From an uncultured Verrucomicrobiales bacterium (lineage in GTDB: Bacteria > Verrucomicrobiota > Verrucomicrobiia > Verrucomicrobiales > DEV007), in NCBI GenBank assembly GCA_938091905.1, contig CALKOM010000166.1:1-26084 (forward strand): a stretch of 26,084 bases of DNA. The letters are read 5' to 3'. How positions within the stretch are numbered: position 1 is the first letter of the stretch; every line of letters starts with the position of its first letter. The notes beneath the pieces were generated by a model. The model saw only the letters and a program-made list of their open reading frames with translations. It made no database searches and was not told the origin of the DNA. Below are positions 17,130-25,421 of this stretch, one piece after another. A program made the position numbers and the translations under genes.

Positions 17130-20100
17130 ATGGCCCGCTCCAAATTCCAGGACCAACCGCCCGCGAACACGGCTGCGTCCTTTGAGCGCCAACCTCCACT
17201 AGATCTTGAAGACACCCGCCCATTCTCGTTGCTGAATGCCCTGCTGGAAGGAGTGGAAGGGGCCGTTCCCTACGAGCCCCCGTTTCTAGCCAAACCGCAA
17301 GAGGTGACAAAGGAGACGCCAACCCCAGCAGAAGCATCTGCCCCACCCAACGAGGACGAGGAAGGCTCGACGCTGCCTGCCACTGATCCGGAGCCCAACA
17401 ATGCCGCGGAGGGGCCAACAGCGGACGATGAACCCACTGAAGTAAAGAACGCCGTCAACGATCTAGAACCGAGCGCCAAACCGACCACTGATCCTTTTCA
17501 GCCTAGTAGTGATGACGCCCGACCCAAGCCGCTGCCCTCAATCTTCCCAGCGTTCTCGAGCGAGTGGCCTTCTCCTTCTCCTCCGCCCCCGCCCCGCCCT
17601 AAGAGCCATCATTTCTTGAAGTCCACGCCGCCCTCAACCAAGCTGCAGAACAGGGAACGTCAAAATCCCAGTTCCAGTTCCAGTTCCAGTTCCAGTTCCA
17701 GTTCCAGTTCCAGTTCGAAACAAGCCCCCGGTAATAGTCAACAATGGCCCAGACGAGGGTTTCAAGGAGCGAATCTTGAAAGGCCTGCGGCATTTGACCC
17801 GATCAACAAGGCGATTCAGATCTTCGAGTCTCTCTCGAACGAGCCCGAGGATGATCAGGACACGCCCCAGACAAAGGTGCCGGCCTCAAAGGGCGATGAT
17901 TCTTCGTCACCCTCAACATCGGAAAGCAAGCCTCCTCCTACCATTGGGGATCACCCTCCCCTCCAGACCAGGGAAACAACTCCTTCACCAGAGAAAGGGG
18001 GGGCGTCCAAGGACGATTCCTACCCACTTGCTCCGGTGAACCCGGAAGAAGCTCTTGCTGAGCTCGACACCGTCAAGATTCAACTGCCGAGGAGCCGGGT
18101 CGCAAAGCCGACCCCGCCCGAGCCACAACCGAGGCCGAAGCCTGCGGTTCCGAAGGGACTTTCTGGCATTGAGCCAAAAGACTTGTCTCCTCCCGCAGAT
18201 GCTCCAGCACCGGCAACGCTCGTCCGAGAGCCTCAAACTGGTCAACCGATCAATGAGGCATCGATCCAACCGCACCTTACGAATCCGGAAACTTCGCCGG
18301 TTCTCCCGCCACAGAAAAGCGATGCGCTTCCACCTGTTCCCGTCCAACGCAGGCGACGCAGACGAGTCCCGCTGAATCCGTGGACCGCGAAGCGGAGCGA
18401 CCCTCTGCAAGAAAGTGATAGCCGCAAAGATAGGAATGAGCACATCAACAAGACACTCAGCGATCTAGCGAAAATGCTAGAATCAACACTTCTCACATCA
18501 GCTTCAGCAAGCGTTCCAGCAGATACTCCCACTGAGAAGATAACGCTCAAGAAAGCATTCTCTGAAGATCCAGAGGCCACGTCTTTACGTGCTACCTCAA
18601 CACAAAAGCTTGCACCCCGAGCACAGAGCAAGAAAGACACCGACGCGGTGGTGCCTCCGAACACAGGCCAGACAACATCTTCGGAAGAAGATAAACCGGC
18701 CGTAGCAGCTGATTTCGAGATCACCGCTCCCACAACGCTGGTCGCGGAGAACACTCCGATCTCTCCCTTCACCAAAATTGCGTCGAAAGCTAACCCCCAA
18801 CCGAGAACGCAACCCAGCCCTTTCACCCTAGCCAAAGATTCTAAACTTGTGAGTCAGGCTTTGGAAAGTGCTCGGCCGAAGGTCTTCGCCTCCCCTTTTT
18901 CAACAGCTATCAAAAAGCGTAAGGAAAGCACCCCCGGTGAAGACGTCCCAGGAACTCAAGCGCTGAAGCCGCCCCAGGGGCTGAAGGTCTCCCCAATCAA
19001 TCCACCCGAATTCCATCCTGACCAGGAAGCCGCCCTCGCACAGGGGCAACTCCCTGCTCCCACATATTCCTTCGCTACTATGGGCCTCCCGTCTTCCCAA
19101 GGAAAAGCGACTTCATCATCACCGGCGACCACAACGCCCGAGGCCGATCAGGTCCCACCAACCACCGCACCCGTCCCTCCAGGTCCGTTTTCGATGCTGG
19201 CACCACCCGTACCCGACAACGCACCAACGCCAGAACCGGCGACGGATCGTGCCCATCGCCCTCTCCCCAAGCCCAATACTTGGGGAATGCTCACCTGGGC
19301 CCTCTGCGTGATCTGCGGTATCTTTTTCATCATTTATCTCTACGAGATCATCGACACCCTAAGCGCCCCTGGCAAAAGCAACCCCACAGCCATTCCACCA
19401 GATCAAGAAGAAGCCATCCAGGAGCCACCTTCAGCAACAGTATCGCCAGAACGTTCTCCAGAAACGATAGAGAATGCGGCAACGGCGCCTCCAGTATCTC
19501 TCTCAGAACCCATGGAAACCCTAGCAGGCTTCCTTGAAGCAGACACCGTGGAGGTTCGTGCCCAATACTTGGTTGAAGACGAAGACTTGCATGCACGCAT
19601 GATCGAACACTACACGAGCTTCCCCATGCAGGTCGACGCACCCCAGAGGCAGCAGATTGTTGGCAGTGGCACGTTTATCGATACCGAGCGCACGTATGTC
19701 GTCGTCGAATCCCTCTGGGCTGACGAGAGTGAAACGGAAACCCTTCTCATTAAGGACTCTTCGAACAACTATCACTTTAGTTGGTACGCCTTTGAGCAAT
19801 CACGCAATCAGCTGTTGCGCCGCTATGCAGAAACGGACTGGACCGGCTGGACGCACTTCTTCGTCGAGATCAGACCTATCGATCCAGCAACGCTCCCAAC
19901 TGGAACCGTCTTGGACAACCTTTACTACAAAATTACCGTACCCGAAGATCCTGAGTTCGAAGCGATAGGTTATGTGGATGGACTTTCTTCTATGGCCATG
20001 GAATTCCAAGACCGCTTTCCAAACACCTCCACCTATCAAGTTTACGTTGACCTCATGCGCGGAGAGTCTTACCACGAAGATCCGCGACCACTCTTTCGGA

Positions 20101-20141
20101 TCACCAGCCTCATTCGTGAAAGCTGGGACGCCACTCCCTAG
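17130..20141 (+). CDS. Hypothetical 1003-aa protein: long Pro/Ser/Thr-rich disordered N-terminus, one TM, globular C-terminal domain
   Basis: Uninterrupted 3-kb ORF; about 715 low-complexity residues; TM WGMLTWALCVICGIFFIIYLY; about 210-aa C-terminal domain of normal composition (ETLAGFLEADT...RESW). Confidence 0.85.
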   Translation: MARSKFQDQPPANTAASFERQPPLDLEDTRPFSLLNALLEGVEGAVPYEPPFLAKPQEVTKETPTPAEASAPPNEDEEGSTLPATDPEPNNAAEGPTADDEPTEVKNAVNDLEPSAKPTTDPFQPSSDDARPKPLPSIFPAFSSEWPSPSPPPPPRPKSHHFLKSTPPSTKLQNRERQNPSSSSSSSSSSSSSSSSKQAPGNSQQWPRRGFQGANLERPAAFDPINKAIQIFESLSNEPEDDQDTPQTKVPASKGDDSSSPSTSESKPPPTIGDHPPLQTRETTPSPEKGGASKDDSYPLAPVNPEEALAELDTVKIQLPRSRVAKPTPPEPQPRPKPAVPKGLSGIEPKDLSPPADAPAPATLVREPQTGQPINEASIQPHLTNPETSPVLPPQKSDALPPVPVQRRRRRRVPLNPWTAKRSDPLQESDSRKDRNEHINKTLSDLAKMLESTLLTSASASVPADTPTEKITLKKAFSEDPEATSLRATSTQKLAPRAQSKKDTDAVVPPNTGQTTSSEEDKPAVAADFEITAPTTLVAENTPISPFTKIASKANPQPRTQPSPFTLAKDSKLVSQALESARPKVFASPFSTAIKKRKESTPGEDVPGTQALKPPQGLKVSPINPPEFHPDQEAALAQGQLPAPTYSFATMGLPSSQGKATSSSPATTTPEADQVPPTTAPVPPGPFSMLAPPVPDNAPTPEPATDRAHRPLPKPNTWGMLTWALCVICGIFFIIYLYEIIDTLSAPGKSNPTAIPPDQEEAIQEPPSATVSPERSPETIENAATAPPVSLSEPMETLAGFLEADTVEVRAQYLVEDEDLHARMIEHYTSFPMQVDAPQRQQIVGSGTFIDTERTYVVVESLWADESETETLLIKDSSNNYHFSWYAFEQSRNQLLRRYAETDWTGWTHFFVEIRPIDPATLPTGTVLDNLYYKITVPEDPEFEAIGYVDGLSSMAMEFQDRFPNTSTYQVYVDLMRGESYHEDPRPLFRITSLIRESWDATP
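17668..17715. repeat. Hexanucleotide microsatellite (CCAGTT)8 encoding poly-Ser
   Basis: 8 perfect CCAGTT units giving a 16-Ser run. Confidence 0.95.
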
Positions 20142-20217
20142 CGTCACAAGCGCTCTCACAACTCAAGCTCAAGGTTATTATCATGGAGATAATTTGCACG
20201 AACACCTAATGGTTCCT

Positions 20218-21216
20218 ATGTCGCCTTCGGAAACCAAACAAGATTCCGTTGAATCAACCGCCCCACCCACACCCAAGCCATCGTTAGCTAATCTTGCCGA
20301 TTGGGAGCAAGAAACATCTCCAAAAACTCACGAGCGCACGAGCAATAAGCGAGCCTACTTCATGTTTCGGGTCGCTGTCGGAACGCTGATCATCATTGGC
20401 CTGATGGCAGGGCACGGCATCTCCAAGGAAACTAACAAAGCCTTCTTTGATTGGTGGCTAGGAATACCACTTCTTACTCTCTGGGTCACCGTGATCCTAG
20501 AAGGCTTGTTGGGTATGGCTATGACCCACGATCACCACTGGGACGCTTTCAAACGCTTTCTCCTAGTCAGTGTCTGTCCCCCTTTCCGCGCGGCGGTCTC
20601 ACCTGCCTACCCTGGAAAGTTTGTCTGGCTTCCAAAGTTTGGCTGGCTCGCCGTGGGAAAATTGAATTTAGAACGAGTCGAGCTTCGCCTGGCGTTGCCT
20701 ATGCTTAGTATCACCCTACTCGTCTTGCCTCTCCTCGGCCTAGAGTTACTGTCAGGGAATTGGCTTGCGCGTCATCTCTGGGCTGCCACCATCGTTCACA
20801 TATTAACAGCTATTATTTGGATCGCATTTGCGTTAGAATTCATGATCTTGCTGTCCCTAGCCGACAAGAAACTAGTATATTGCAAGCAGCACTGGATAAA
20901 CATTGCGATCATTCTCCTCCCACTCTTCGCCTTCCTTCGGGTATTTCGCTTCCTAAGGCTCGGCAAGTTTATCCGCGCCTATAAGATGCGCGGACTTATT
21001 TCTCGCACCATGAGGCTAGCGATGGTCTTCAATCTCATCGGACGTCTCATGGAACGGAATCCAGAGAAGTACTTGCTCGCTTTGGCAGACAAGGTGCTTG
21101 AAAAGAAAGCCGAGATTCAAGCACTTGAAGAGAAGATGGACGACCTCCGGGATCGTCTTGCAAAAGAGAAAGAGGCAGCTGACGCTGAGCCCCCCCCTCA
21201 AAAGGATCTTCCGTGA
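20218..21216 (+). CDS. Voltage-sensor-like (S1-S4) membrane protein without a pore domain, with C-terminal coiled coil
   Basis: S2-like IIWIAFALEFMILL; S3-like YCKQHWINIAIILLP; S4-like RVFRFLRLGKFIRAYK (R/K every third residue); no S5-P-S6 or GYG afterwards. Start at ATG 20218 or 20209; the ORF-track start 19972 overlaps the upstream gene. Confidence 0.8.
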   Translation: MSPSETKQDSVESTAPPTPKPSLANLADWEQETSPKTHERTSNKRAYFMFRVAVGTLIIIGLMAGHGISKETNKAFFDWWLGIPLLTLWVTVILEGLLGMAMTHDHHWDAFKRFLLVSVCPPFRAAVSPAYPGKFVWLPKFGWLAVGKLNLERVELRLALPMLSITLLVLPLLGLELLSGNWLARHLWAATIVHILTAIIWIAFALEFMILLSLADKKLVYCKQHWINIAIILLPLFAFLRVFRFLRLGKFIRAYKMRGLISRTMRLAMVFNLIGRLMERNPEKYLLALADKVLEKKAEIQALEEKMDDLRDRLAKEKEAADAEPPPQKDLP

Positions 21217-21284
21217 CTCAGACGTAGCCTCGCCGTCGATTAAAGGGCAGTAGACATCACCGATCCGGAAGACCACAAGTTTCT

Positions 21285-22643
21285 ATGGAAGATTCACTGT
21301 TTGATCAGGCTCCGGAACCTACTAAGGTGCCACACAGTGATATTGCAGAAATGCCGCTGGCAGCCAGAATGCGTCCGCGCTCGCTCCAAGACTACTCTGG
21401 CCAAGAGCACATCCTGGGCGAGGGCAAATTGCTTCGGCGCGCAATCGAAGCGGACCGGTTCTCGTCGCTGATCTTCTATGGCCCTCCAGGCATAGGGAAA
21501 ACGAGCTTAGCGCGCTTGGTGGCCGGCCACACTTCCGCCCGCTTCGTCAATCTCAGCGGCGTGGAGAGCAACGTGTCCGAGATTCGACAGAAGGTCGAGG
21601 AAGCGCGCACCTATCAGCGACTGCACAAACGCGCCACCATCCTGTTTGTAGACGAGATTCATCGGTTCAACAAATCTCAGCAAGACGTCCTACTCCCTCA
21701 CATTGAACATGGGACGATTCGCTTCATCGGTGCCACCACGCACAATCCGTATTTCTACATCAACAGTCCTCTCGTGTCACGTTCTCAGGTGTTTCAGTTA
21801 GAACCTCTGACGACGGAGAATCTCATTCAGCTCATTGAACGCTGTGTGACCGATAAAGAACGCGGATTTGGAAACGATCAGATCACCGTCACGCCCGAGG
21901 CCGCTCACCATCTGGCCACCATCGCCGATGGCGACGCTCGCAAATGCCTAACGGCTTTGGAACTTGCCGTCTTAACGACACCGCGCGAACATGGAAGCAG
22001 CCTCAAAATCACACTAGAAATTGCGGAAGAATCCATTCAGCAGAAGGCCGTCGTCTACGATGCAGATGGAGACGAGCACTACGACACCATCAGTGCCTTT
22101 ATCAAAAGCATGCGCGGCTCCGATCCTGACGCTGCCCTCTATTGGTTGGCCAAGATGCTCTACGCCGGTGAGGACATTCGGTTTATTGCTAGACGCTTGG
22201 TGATCGCGGCGAGTGAAGATGTAGGTCTAGCAGATTCCAACGCTCTCCGTGTCGCTGTTGCGGCTCAGCAGGCTGTCGAATTCATTGGCCTTCCAGAGGC
22301 CCAGATTCCACTCGCCCACGCAACCGTGTATCTAGCAACAGCCCCCAAGAGCAACCGAAGCTACGCCGGGCTCGCTGCCGCCATGAAGGACGTGAAAGAG
22401 GGTCGGACACTCGCCGTTCCCAAGCATCTACGTGATAGCCACTACAAAGGCGCGAAGGACCTCGGACATGGGAAAGGCTATCTTTACAGCCACAACTATG
22501 GAGATGGCTACGTCCCTCAGGCCTATCTCCCTGAAGGCAGGCGCTACTACGAACCGACTGACCACGGAATGGAGAAGCGGATCAAAGAACGCCTCGCCCA
22601 TTGGAGGTCGCTGTTTGAAGCAGAACAGACTCCCGAAACCTAG
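21285..22643 (+). CDS. rarA: Replication-associated recombination protein A (RarA/MgsA AAA+ ATPase)
   Basis: PLAARMRP; GPPGIGKTS; FVDEIHRFNKSQQD; ISAFIKSMRGSDPDAA; ASEDVG; APKSN. Confidence 0.97.
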   Translation: MEDSLFDQAPEPTKVPHSDIAEMPLAARMRPRSLQDYSGQEHILGEGKLLRRAIEADRFSSLIFYGPPGIGKTSLARLVAGHTSARFVNLSGVESNVSEIRQKVEEARTYQRLHKRATILFVDEIHRFNKSQQDVLLPHIEHGTIRFIGATTHNPYFYINSPLVSRSQVFQLEPLTTENLIQLIERCVTDKERGFGNDQITVTPEAAHHLATIADGDARKCLTALELAVLTTPREHGSSLKITLEIAEESIQQKAVVYDADGDEHYDTISAFIKSMRGSDPDAALYWLAKMLYAGEDIRFIARRLVIAASEDVGLADSNALRVAVAAQQAVEFIGLPEAQIPLAHATVYLATAPKSNRSYAGLAAAMKDVKEGRTLAVPKHLRDSHYKGAKDLGHGKGYLYSHNYGDGYVPQAYLPEGRRYYEPTDHGMEKRIKERLAHWRSLFEAEQTPET

Positions 22644-22676
22644 CGGCTCTGGTTGGTTACACCATCTCCCCTCATG

Positions 22677-22725
22677 GTTCATGATGTTTGTAGGCTCACG
22701 CGGAAGCGCTCTAATCACCATGAAC
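22677..22725. other. Imperfect intergenic hairpin
   Basis: Minus-strand GTTCATGGTG (22725-22716) pairs with CATCATGAAC (22686-22677), with one G-U pair; inner stem CGC-GGAA-GCG on the plus strand. Confidence 0.45.
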
Positions 22726-22749
22726 GGCCCCCTAATTGCAAAGCAGTCC

Positions 22750-22833
22750 AGAATATTAATTTTTAAATAATTTTTTGATTTACAGAGGGTTTCCAACACG
22801 TTTATATGATGAGCACGGTTACCAACAGTAACC
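22750..22833 (+). promoter_or_regulatory. AT-rich promoter region with operator-like palindrome
   Basis: Near-pure A/T tract 22752-22782; TTTACA at 22779-22784; TA-rich -10 candidates at 22802-22810; GGTTAC-N5-GTAACC at 22817-22833. Confidence 0.45.
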
Positions 22834-22859
22834 ATAGCCACTCACGCGAATTTTCTCTG

Positions 22860-23411
22860 ATGTCTTCCTCCGCTCACTTCAGCCCATCCTTCCATCTTCA
22901 AAAAGTTGAGACGGTTCACACCGGCGAGCAGACCGAGATTGTGTTCTTCGACCAGAAGATCGAATTCGTTCCAGGTGGCGCGCAGCTTCTTCTCGGCGTG
23001 TTTCTCGACCCTTCAGGAGAAGGCCATCTGGAGGAGCTAGAAGGTATCTCGGTACAGATCGATGCCGACTCTGGTTTGGTGCTCGACACCCTCCGCAAGG
23101 GACAGCCTGCCGGGAAACTCGACTTCCCACTAAGCGAGCGCACGGATGTGCGACTCAGCATCCACATCGAGCGCCACGGTGGCGCCTTTGTCCCCCACCT
23201 ATCTACTTCCGATACCCAAGGTGATCTTGGCGGGCTCAACATGGATCGTCCATGGCACAGTGACGGCGAGGATCGGCTCATGCTTCCAGCCTTCAATGCT
23301 CCGGCGAACATCCAGCTTTCGGCGTTCCGCGGCTACTACTCGGAGAATCTCTACCATCCAGAGTTCGGAGACACGCAAATGTGCCTTTGGCCGGACGACA
23401 CGCATTGTTAG
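22860..23411 (+). CDS. Hypothetical protein, probably beta-rich
   Basis: Open frame of normal composition between rarA and coaC. Start 22860 preferred over 22806, which falls within the promoter-like tract. No family recognised. Confidence 0.65.
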   Translation: MSSSAHFSPSFHLQKVETVHTGEQTEIVFFDQKIEFVPGGAQLLLGVFLDPSGEGHLEELEGISVQIDADSGLVLDTLRKGQPAGKLDFPLSERTDVRLSIHIERHGGAFVPHLSTSDTQGDLGGLNMDRPWHSDGEDRLMLPAFNAPANIQLSAFRGYYSENLYHPEFGDTQMCLWPDDTHC

Positions 23412-23438
23412 CGAAGGGACTGATGCCCTGATCGCTGG

Positions 23439-23466
23439 TTGTGCCCTCAAGGCCACGCGCTATACT
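23439..23466 (+). promoter_or_regulatory. sigma70-like promoter, probably leaderless, for coaC
   Basis: TTGTGC (23439-23444), 16-nt spacer, TATACT (23461-23466), 7 nt to GTG 23474. Confidence 0.55.
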
Positions 23467-23473
23467 CGGCCGC

Positions 23474-24034
23474 GTGAAACGTATAGTTCTCGGAGTCACC
23501 GGATCAATTGCCGCCTACAAGGCTGCCGATCTGGCGAGCCAGTTGACGAAAGCTGGCCATCAGGTCACCGCCGTCCTCACTCGGGATGCCCAGGAGTTTG
23601 TCACTACGCTGACGGTGCAGACGCTTTCAAAACAACCGGTGGTCACCGATCTTTACGACGAGAAGGAAAGTTGGCGTCCTGGGCACATCCAGCTCGCTGA
23701 TGAAGCCGATCTCCTGCTCATCGCTCCGGCCACGGCAAACACGCTCGCTCAGTTGGGCCAGGGCCTTGCCCCGAATGTGCTCACCGCCATCGCCCTCGCC
23801 ACCCGGGCACCCATGTTAATCGCTCCCGCCATGAATGGAAACATGTGGTCCCATCCAGCAATCCAAACACACGTGGCCACACTCAAAGGCTGGGGCGTCG
23901 ACTTTATTGGGCCTGACACCGAAGGAATGCTCGCTTGTGGTTATGAAGGTGTTGGCCGCTTGATGCCGGTGGAAGATATCGTCGCGGCGGCCGAAGGCAT
24001 CCTCGCAGAGAATCGACCGAAACGAGCCCTTTGA
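23474..24034 (+). CDS. coaC: Phosphopantothenoylcysteine decarboxylase (stand-alone)
   Basis: MKRIVLGVTGSIAAYKA; HIQLA; APATANTLA; PAMNGNMW; LACGYEGVGR. Confidence 0.93.
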   Translation: MKRIVLGVTGSIAAYKAADLASQLTKAGHQVTAVLTRDAQEFVTTLTVQTLSKQPVVTDLYDEKESWRPGHIQLADEADLLLIAPATANTLAQLGQGLAPNVLTAIALATRAPMLIAPAMNGNMWSHPAIQTHVATLKGWGVDFIGPDTEGMLACGYEGVGRLMPVEDIVAAAEGILAENRPKRAL

Positions 24035-24666
24035 AAGTTCTGATCACCGCCGGCCCGACACGTGAGGCCATCGATCCTGTGCGCTATCTCAGCAACCGAT
24101 CTTCTGGGCGCATGGGATTTGCCATTGCCGGTGAAGCCGCTCGTCGAGGCCATGAGGTGACACTTGTCACAGGCCCAGTCAGCCTGCCCACGCCAGAACA
24201 GGTGAAGCGTATCGACGTCGTTTCCGCCGAAGACATGTACCGCGCGGTGATCGACCAATTGGAAGGTGTCGACATCGCTATTCACAGCGCAGCCGTCGCC
24301 GACTACCGACCTAAAAACGTTCACGGAGAGAAGGTGAAGAAAGGCGCTGACGAATGGGCGATCACGCTAGAACGCACCACAGACATTCTGGGGAGCATGA
24401 GAGAGCCGCTGAAGTACGAAAAGATCTTGATCGGCTTCGCAGCAGAGACCGAGAATCTGCTGCCGAATGCACGAACGAAGCTCGCAAAGAAAGGCTGCGA
24501 CCTTGTCGTCGCCAATGACGTCAGCCGCAGAGACATCGGTTTCGGTCAGCCTGACAATGAGGTCACGTTTCTCTTCAAAGACGGGCGCGAAGAAGCCGTG
24601 TCGAAACAAACCAAAGAAGCCCTCGCGGCGATCCTTTGTGACCGCATCGAATCTATTTCCTTATGA
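24031..24666 (+). CDS. coaB: Phosphopantothenate-cysteine ligase (stand-alone)
   Basis: VLITAGPTREAIDPVRYLSNRSSGRMG; AAVADY; GFAAET; VANDV. TTG start overlaps the coaC TGA. Confidence 0.93.
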   Translation: MKVLITAGPTREAIDPVRYLSNRSSGRMGFAIAGEAARRGHEVTLVTGPVSLPTPEQVKRIDVVSAEDMYRAVIDQLEGVDIAIHSAAVADYRPKNVHGEKVKKGADEWAITLERTTDILGSMREPLKYEKILIGFAAETENLLPNARTKLAKKGCDLVVANDVSRRDIGFGQPDNEVTFLFKDGREEAVSKQTKEALAAILCDRIESISL

Positions 24667-25421
24667 CTGAACACTTAGACATCGCTATCCAAGCGGCCAA
24701 AGAAGCCGGCGCATTCCTGCGCGAACACTTCGAAAACACCGAATCACTCGTGGTCAACGAGGCCAGCCAACACGACATCAAGCTCGAACTCGATGTGCGC
24801 AGCCAAACGTTGATCACCGAGCGTTTGTTAGGGGCGTTTCCGGATCACGCACTCTACGGCGAAGAAGGCATTGCCGGAAATCAAGACAGTCCTTGGCAAT
24901 GGATCGTCGATCCCATCGACGGCACGGTGAACTACTTCTATGGCCTGCCTCACTATTGTGTTTCTATCGCCCTCCGTCATGAAGGGGTGACCCAACTCGG
25001 TGTCATCTTTGATCCCTCCACCCAGGAACTGTGGACAGGCGAACGCGGCAAAGGCGCTTTTCTAAACGGTCGCAAGCTTTCTGTCAGTGACAGATCCATT
25101 TTAAAGGAAGCCGTGATCACCGTTGGCTTCTCCAAGACCGCTGCCGCCATGCAGGAAGGCATGGGACGCTTCTCCGAGCTGGCATCACAGGTACGCAAAG
25201 TCCGCATCATGGGCAGCGCAGCTCTCGGGTTAGCCTACATTGCGACTGGTCGGCTCGACGCCTATATCGAAGGCTTCATCAGCCTATGGGACATCGCTGC
25301 AGGTGTCTTGCTGATCGAAGAAGCAGGTGGGCAGGTTACTCTAGCAAGCCTCGACAACAGCGAAGACAAGTTTAGTATCACGGCCTCAAACGGCAAGCTG
25401 ACGCTACCAGTGCCATCATGA
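24663..25421 (+). CDS. suhB: Inositol monophosphatase family protein (SuhB-like)
   Basis: GEEG; WIVDPIDGTVNY; RIMGSAAL; WDIAAG; ATGA overlap with coaB. Confidence 0.88.
   Translation: MTEHLDIAIQAAKEAGAFLREHFENTESLVVNEASQHDIKLELDVRSQTLITERLLGAFPDHALYGEEGIAGNQDSPWQWIVDPIDGTVNYFYGLPHYCVSIALRHEGVTQLGVIFDPSTQELWTGERGKGAFLNGRKLSVSDRSILKEAVITVGFSKTAAAMQEGMGRFSELASQVRKVRIMGSAALGLAYIATGRLDAYIEGFISLWDIAAGVLLIEEAGGQVTLASLDNSEDKFSITASNGKLTLPVPS

Noticed and set aside
15717..17715. CRISPR array at the tandem repeats
   Set aside because: Units are contiguous 15- and 6-mers without spacers, inside coding genes, and no cas genes are present.
17590..17790. Hidden compensating frameshifts around the microsatellite (alternative PVPVPV or QFQFQF readings)
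   Set aside because: The main frame is open throughout, and there is no way to prefer another frame without homologs.
20218..21216. Calling the gene a potassium channel or a true Hv1
   Set aside because: No pore helices or GYG filter, and no Hv1 S1 Asp or RxWRxxR signature.
21217..21284. LexA box upstream of rarA
   Set aside because: No TGTTC-N4-GAACA-like or other clear palindrome seen.
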